DNA from: an uncultured virus (IMG/VR IMGVR_UViG_3300023174_000076)
Lineage: Duplodnaviria > Heunggongvirae > Uroviricota > Caudoviricetes
DNA length: 61,967 nucleotides
Reading direction: 5' to 3' (one strand)
IMG/VR virus record: IMGVR_UViG_3300023174_000076
Shown piece by piece: positions 58,579 through 61,967 of this stretch. The notes beneath the pieces were generated by a model. The model was not told where the DNA came from. It was given only the letters and a program-made list of their open reading frames with translations, and did no database searches. The position numbers were made by a program, and so were the translations under genes. How positions within the stretch are numbered: the first letter of the stretch is position 1; each line of letters opens with the position of its first letter.

Positions 58579-59124
58579 TCAAATCTTTGTTGCTATGACA
58601 CCTAAGTTCGGAATATCTTTTCCAAAATCTTTTTTAGTTTCTTCAGGCAACATGTCATCATCGACATCGTATTGCCAAAATCCAGCGTCAAAACCTACAG
58701 CATTCATGCCAAGTGCCTGGAAGTCTTTAATCAATTCTTCTTGTGACCACATGCTCTGGTGCTGTTGCAGGATGTTTGAATCGCATCTATTAGCAGGAGT
58801 AAATATAGGAGCTCTCATTGTCCTAAAAGATATTTTCCCCTCTGCCCACATTTTGACTAGTCTGCCAATATCTGTTTGTATCACCTTGATTGTTCCACCT
58901 GGCTTTAGTTTTCTTAACATGTGCAGAAGGAAAGGCTTATATTGCAATACAGATATGTGTTCAAGAGTGTGAGACAAAAAGAATTCATCTACAGTTCCAT
59001 CATTACAAAATGAATCAAGATCCATTATGTTAGCTTCTATGTCGCATATCTCGGCTAGGTTAACAGTTTTGTATTCTGACCCCTTACCAATTCCACCAAG
59101 GTTAAGTTTAATACTATTCATCAT
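58579..59124 (-). CDS. SAM-dependent methyltransferase-like protein
   Basis: KLNLGG, SHTLEH, LKPGG. Confidence 0.75.
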   Translation of the reverse strand: MMNSIKLNLGGIGKGSEYKTVNLAEICDIEANIMDLDSFCNDGTVDEFFLSHTLEHISVLQYKPFLLHMLRKLKPGGTIKVIQTDIGRLVKMWAEGKISFRTMRAPIFTPANRCDSNILQQHQSMWSQEELIKDFQALGMNAVGFDAGFWQYDVDDDMLPEETKKDFGKDIPNLGVIATKI

Positions 59125-59825
59125 TAATCCTCTCTTGTATGTATGTTCAACGAAAGCCAACCCATATTATAGAGGCTGTTAGGCAATACATCTGGCTCAA
59201 GACCGGTCTTCCATAGACAATATGGGAAGCTTACTTGATCTTGATATGACCATTGTAGATTTTGCTGGTGCCACAACTCTCCAAGTTCTTTAACTTTTGG
59301 ATTAGTCATATCTCTAGCAGAGACTCCGCAAGCATATAGCCCGTAATCTTCTGGAAATCCTTCTGATCTATAAAAATCACACTGTTCATCTAGTGGTTCT
59401 TTTGCATACTTTGATGGTCTGATAGTTGCTTCCCCATAAGCGCAATATCTTCCAGGATTTCCTAAGGCGTCTGGGTGCGGAGATGCCACAAAGCCATTCT
59501 TCATATAGGATAATATTTCAGAAACAAAATTAGAATTAGTTATAGAAATTTCTCCATCAATCCATATTAAGTACTTATATTTAAGTAATATTTCTATTGA
59601 ATGTGGATTTAATTTTGGTCTTTTTGATCTTCTTCTATTGTCTAAGTGAGCGTCTATCTCTGGAAGAAGTTGAACATTCCATGGGTTGGAAATATTGAAT
59701 GCTGACTGACCATCTGTAAAATATATATAATCTACACCAGGTATTACAGTTTGAGCTGTTGCATAGTCGTAACCACCAGTTACGGCAGTGCAGATTACAG
59801 TATTGCCATGCCAATCATCAATCAT
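59124..59825 (-). CDS. DUF616-type glycosyltransferase
   Basis: TAVTGGYD, YFTD, WIDG, QDQVSF. Confidence 0.72.
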   Translation of the reverse strand: MIDDWHGNTVICTAVTGGYDYATAQTVIPGVDYIYFTDGQSAFNISNPWNVQLLPEIDAHLDNRRRSKRPKLNPHSIEILLKYKYLIWIDGEISITNSNFVSEILSYMKNGFVASPHPDALGNPGRYCAYGEATIRPSKYAKEPLDEQCDFYRSEGFPEDYGLYACGVSARDMTNPKVKELGELWHQQNLQWSYQDQVSFPYCLWKTGLEPDVLPNSLYNMGWLSLNIHTRED

Positions 59826-60402
59826 TGATCTGCTTTACTGCATCCACGCTTAAAAGATAGTCTTCATGTATTAAGGGTTTTGAAGCATCCACTTTAAGCC
59901 ACCCCCATTCGTCTCCAGATTTTACATCCAGGACTTGTAGGCCAATATTATTAAAGTCGTCCACTAACATTCTACTTGTTAGACCAACAAAATGAAAATC
60001 ATACTGGTTAGATTGTTCGGCAAAAAAGATCTGTTGCATAGCTCTATCACCCTCAAGTGAATCCATAGATAATATTTGTCTACACGCACCTAAAAAATCT
60101 GGAACTTCTATTCTAATCATTCCACCTGGTTTAAGAATTCTACACCACTCTTTTAAAGCAGCTTGATATTCTTTCCAAGGAAAATGCTCTAAGCATTCTG
60201 AACTGAAAACAACATCCGCGTAGTCATCTGGAAGTGGGATAGATCTTGCATCACAAACTATGTCAACCTTATGCCAGGTACCATCTGTTGCATGAAGCGG
60301 AAATGGCTCTATGTCTACGTGAGTCCAGTCAGGACCTAGATATGTCCTAGTGCCTATAACCACTTTAATTCCATCACTTTTTGGTATTGTTTCTAAACGC
60401 AT
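59818..60402 (-). CDS. SAM-dependent methyltransferase (type 11-like)
   Basis: W.HVD, CDARSIP, SECLEH, RILKPGG.IRIEVPD. Confidence 0.82.
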   Translation of the reverse strand: MRLETIPKSDGIKVVIGTRTYLGPDWTHVDIEPFPLHATDGTWHKVDIVCDARSIPLPDDYADVVFSSECLEHFPWKEYQAALKEWCRILKPGGMIRIEVPDFLGACRQILSMDSLEGDRAMQQIFFAEQSNQYDFHFVGLTSRMLVDDFNNIGLQVLDVKSGDEWGWLKVDASKPLIHEDYLLSVDAVKQIND

Positions 60403-60409
60403 TATTTTC

Positions 60410-61078
60410 CTATCTATAATTAACAGTTATTGGATACGGCATTGTCTTAATTAATCTATCAGTATAATTATAGCATAACGGATGAAATATCTCTAGCAAT
60501 ATTTCACCCCATTCAATTGGGTATCTTGTTACCACTGTATCAGCGGCTTCTCTACTACTTTTTGCTGGAAACTTTTGTAAGTTGTTAAACTTAACATCCA
60601 TTATACTGAGTAATGTATTGTACCATTTCGTAGTAAATTCTGTATTAGGTTTGAATATATATAAATCATTAGTCATTAATTTATCCCAGTGTTGACCAAG
60701 CCAAGGTCTTTGTTTTGGAGTCACACTTAACTCACCTTCATCTTCTGGAGCTCCAATACCAAATGCATCAGAAGATTCAAGTTGGTCAAAGTATGGATTC
60801 CAATCCCATGAACATGGTTTAATGTCGGTGTACCCTCCACCATGATGATGCATGAAATATGTTCTGAGATAGTCTGCCTTATGTACGTCCGAAAGATATT
60901 GATACCCGGGATGAAGGGGGTGTTCATCGAATATAAAGTCTTGTAAATTTTCATTGGTAACTAGAATATAATGAACCTTAGAATTATTTTTTAAACTTTC
61001 TATACCATTTATTCTATTTTGATTCATAACCAAGTTGTTGTTACCAACCCAAAAGGAGTATAAGTTTCTTTGCAACAT
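60410..61078 (-). CDS. DxD-type glycosyltransferase (GT32/capsular polysaccharide synthesis-like)
   Basis: SFW.G, HKADYLR..FMHHHGGGYTDI. Confidence 0.75.
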   Translation of the reverse strand: MLQRNLYSFWVGNNNLVMNQNRINGIESLKNNSKVHYILVTNENLQDFIFDEHPLHPGYQYLSDVHKADYLRTYFMHHHGGGYTDIKPCSWDWNPYFDQLESSDAFGIGAPEDEGELSVTPKQRPWLGQHWDKLMTNDLYIFKPNTEFTTKWYNTLLSIMDVKFNNLQKFPAKSSREAADTVVTRYPIEWGEILLEIFHPLCYNYTDRLIKTMPYPITVNYR

Positions 61079-61080
61079 AT

Positions 61081-61854
61081 TTAAAGTACCGTCGTTATCA
61101 TATGACCATCGATCTGGTCACTAGGTGGAAGTTCTTTTCTTACTAAAATTCTTTGTACCCATCTATCAGTTCCATCGTATCTAGGTTGAAATGGTTTGCG
61201 ACCATGAATTGTTTTATTGTTATCTATGACTAATAGATCACCAGTCTGGAGGGTTATTTCCTGTATGGAATCTTCAACAGCCTTATGCAATATCTCGAGT
61301 GCTGCGCGTCCAAGTTCGTCATTTGCTTTTACGAAAGTATAATCATAAATAAAATTATAACCATCTTCGGTTTTTTCTAAAATTGAAATAGGAATACTCT
61401 TATCTTTTTCGCCCTTGGTTCTAAAAGATATATCTATATTTGTGGTGAACCATTGCTTGCTGAGCGTTGCTATAACCCATAGGTCTAGTTTTTTTACTAT
61501 ATCATCTACATTAGCATATGTAGTCACAGCATTCTCATCACCTCTTAGGCAGAGTAACATAACATAATCTGGTTTGTATGGATGGAAAGCTGCTTCAGTA
61601 TGAAGAGCAAGCTCCACCTTAGATGAGGTAGATATCTGTTGGCTTTCAGTTTTGTGGACCGGTACTATGTTCTGCATCATTTGTCCACCCTGTTCTTGGG
61701 CGTACGAAATTGGATGACCAAACATCCATGCGTAATCAAGCAGTGTACCAACGGCTTCTTTAGAAGCGCTTCTTTGGGGAGAAGATGGGTAGGGAGTTGC
61801 AGGCGTCTTGGGTACGTGACCAATCTTAACATTTTTAAATAGTATTATACCCAT
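61081..61854 (-). CDS. TauD/TfdA-family (clavaminate synthase-like) 2OG dioxygenase
   Basis: LHTEAAF, PDYVMLLCLR, GDLLVIDN...HGR, RWVQR. Confidence 0.85.
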   Translation of the reverse strand: MGIILFKNVKIGHVPKTPATPYPSSPQRSASKEAVGTLLDYAWMFGHPISYAQEQGGQMMQNIVPVHKTESQQISTSSKVELALHTEAAFHPYKPDYVMLLCLRGDENAVTTYANVDDIVKKLDLWVIATLSKQWFTTNIDISFRTKGEKDKSIPISILEKTEDGYNFIYDYTFVKANDELGRAALEILHKAVEDSIQEITLQTGDLLVIDNNKTIHGRKPFQPRYDGTDRWVQRILVRKELPPSDQIDGHMITTVL

Positions 61855-61967
61855 TAACGATCAGATAAAACTTTCAATATTAAAAAATATAATTTACTTA
61901 AATCATTTGGAGAAATAGAAAATACATATTCTTTTTCAAGTGTTTTAATTGTAACGCAATGAACATC
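61854..61967 (-). CDS. Partial hypothetical protein (5' end outside the window)
   Basis: Open frame ending in TAA coupled to the dioxygenase ATG. Confidence 0.4.
   Translation of the reverse strand, partial: DVHCVTIKTLEKEYVFSISPNDLSKLYFLILKVLSDR

Noticed and set aside
1..61967. Stop-codon reassignment, as in some large phages
   Set aside because: Long genes are intact in code 11, and TAA, TAG and TGA all end genes at sensible, coupled boundaries.

Overview
This AT-rich window (roughly 30-35% GC by eye, standard genetic code) looks like part of a large tailed-phage genome. The host is probably an actinobacterium, judged from WhiB, an actinobacterial-type ferredoxin, an MSMEG_6728-like glycosylase and leaderless-type promoters. 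Layout: (1) 1-14.1 kb, an operon of large virion/baseplate-like proteins; (2) 14.2-21.2 kb, nucleotide metabolism and accessory enzymes (class II RNR, ThyX, GT2, SNase, 2OG oxygenase, glycosylase); (3) an abrupt junction at about 21.25 kb into a T-rich block (21.25-43.1 kb) of small genes, tRNA-Thr, a non-canonical UAU tRNA-like RNA, WhiB and SSB/UDG; (4) 43.3-62 kb, glycan-modifying enzymes, an atypical tRNA-Gly, Fe-S proteins, a late membrane/lipoprotein triplet and a 1296-aa Thr-rich surface protein. The main finding is in block 3: an apparently complete phage-encoded ubiquitin-like conjugation operon (E2-like, JAB peptidase, ThiF/E1, Ubl ending in GEKG, AAA+ ATPase). Two further E2-like paralogues and a proteasome-beta/HslV-type Thr protease lie downstream. 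All family calls come from motif recognition by eye, not database searches.
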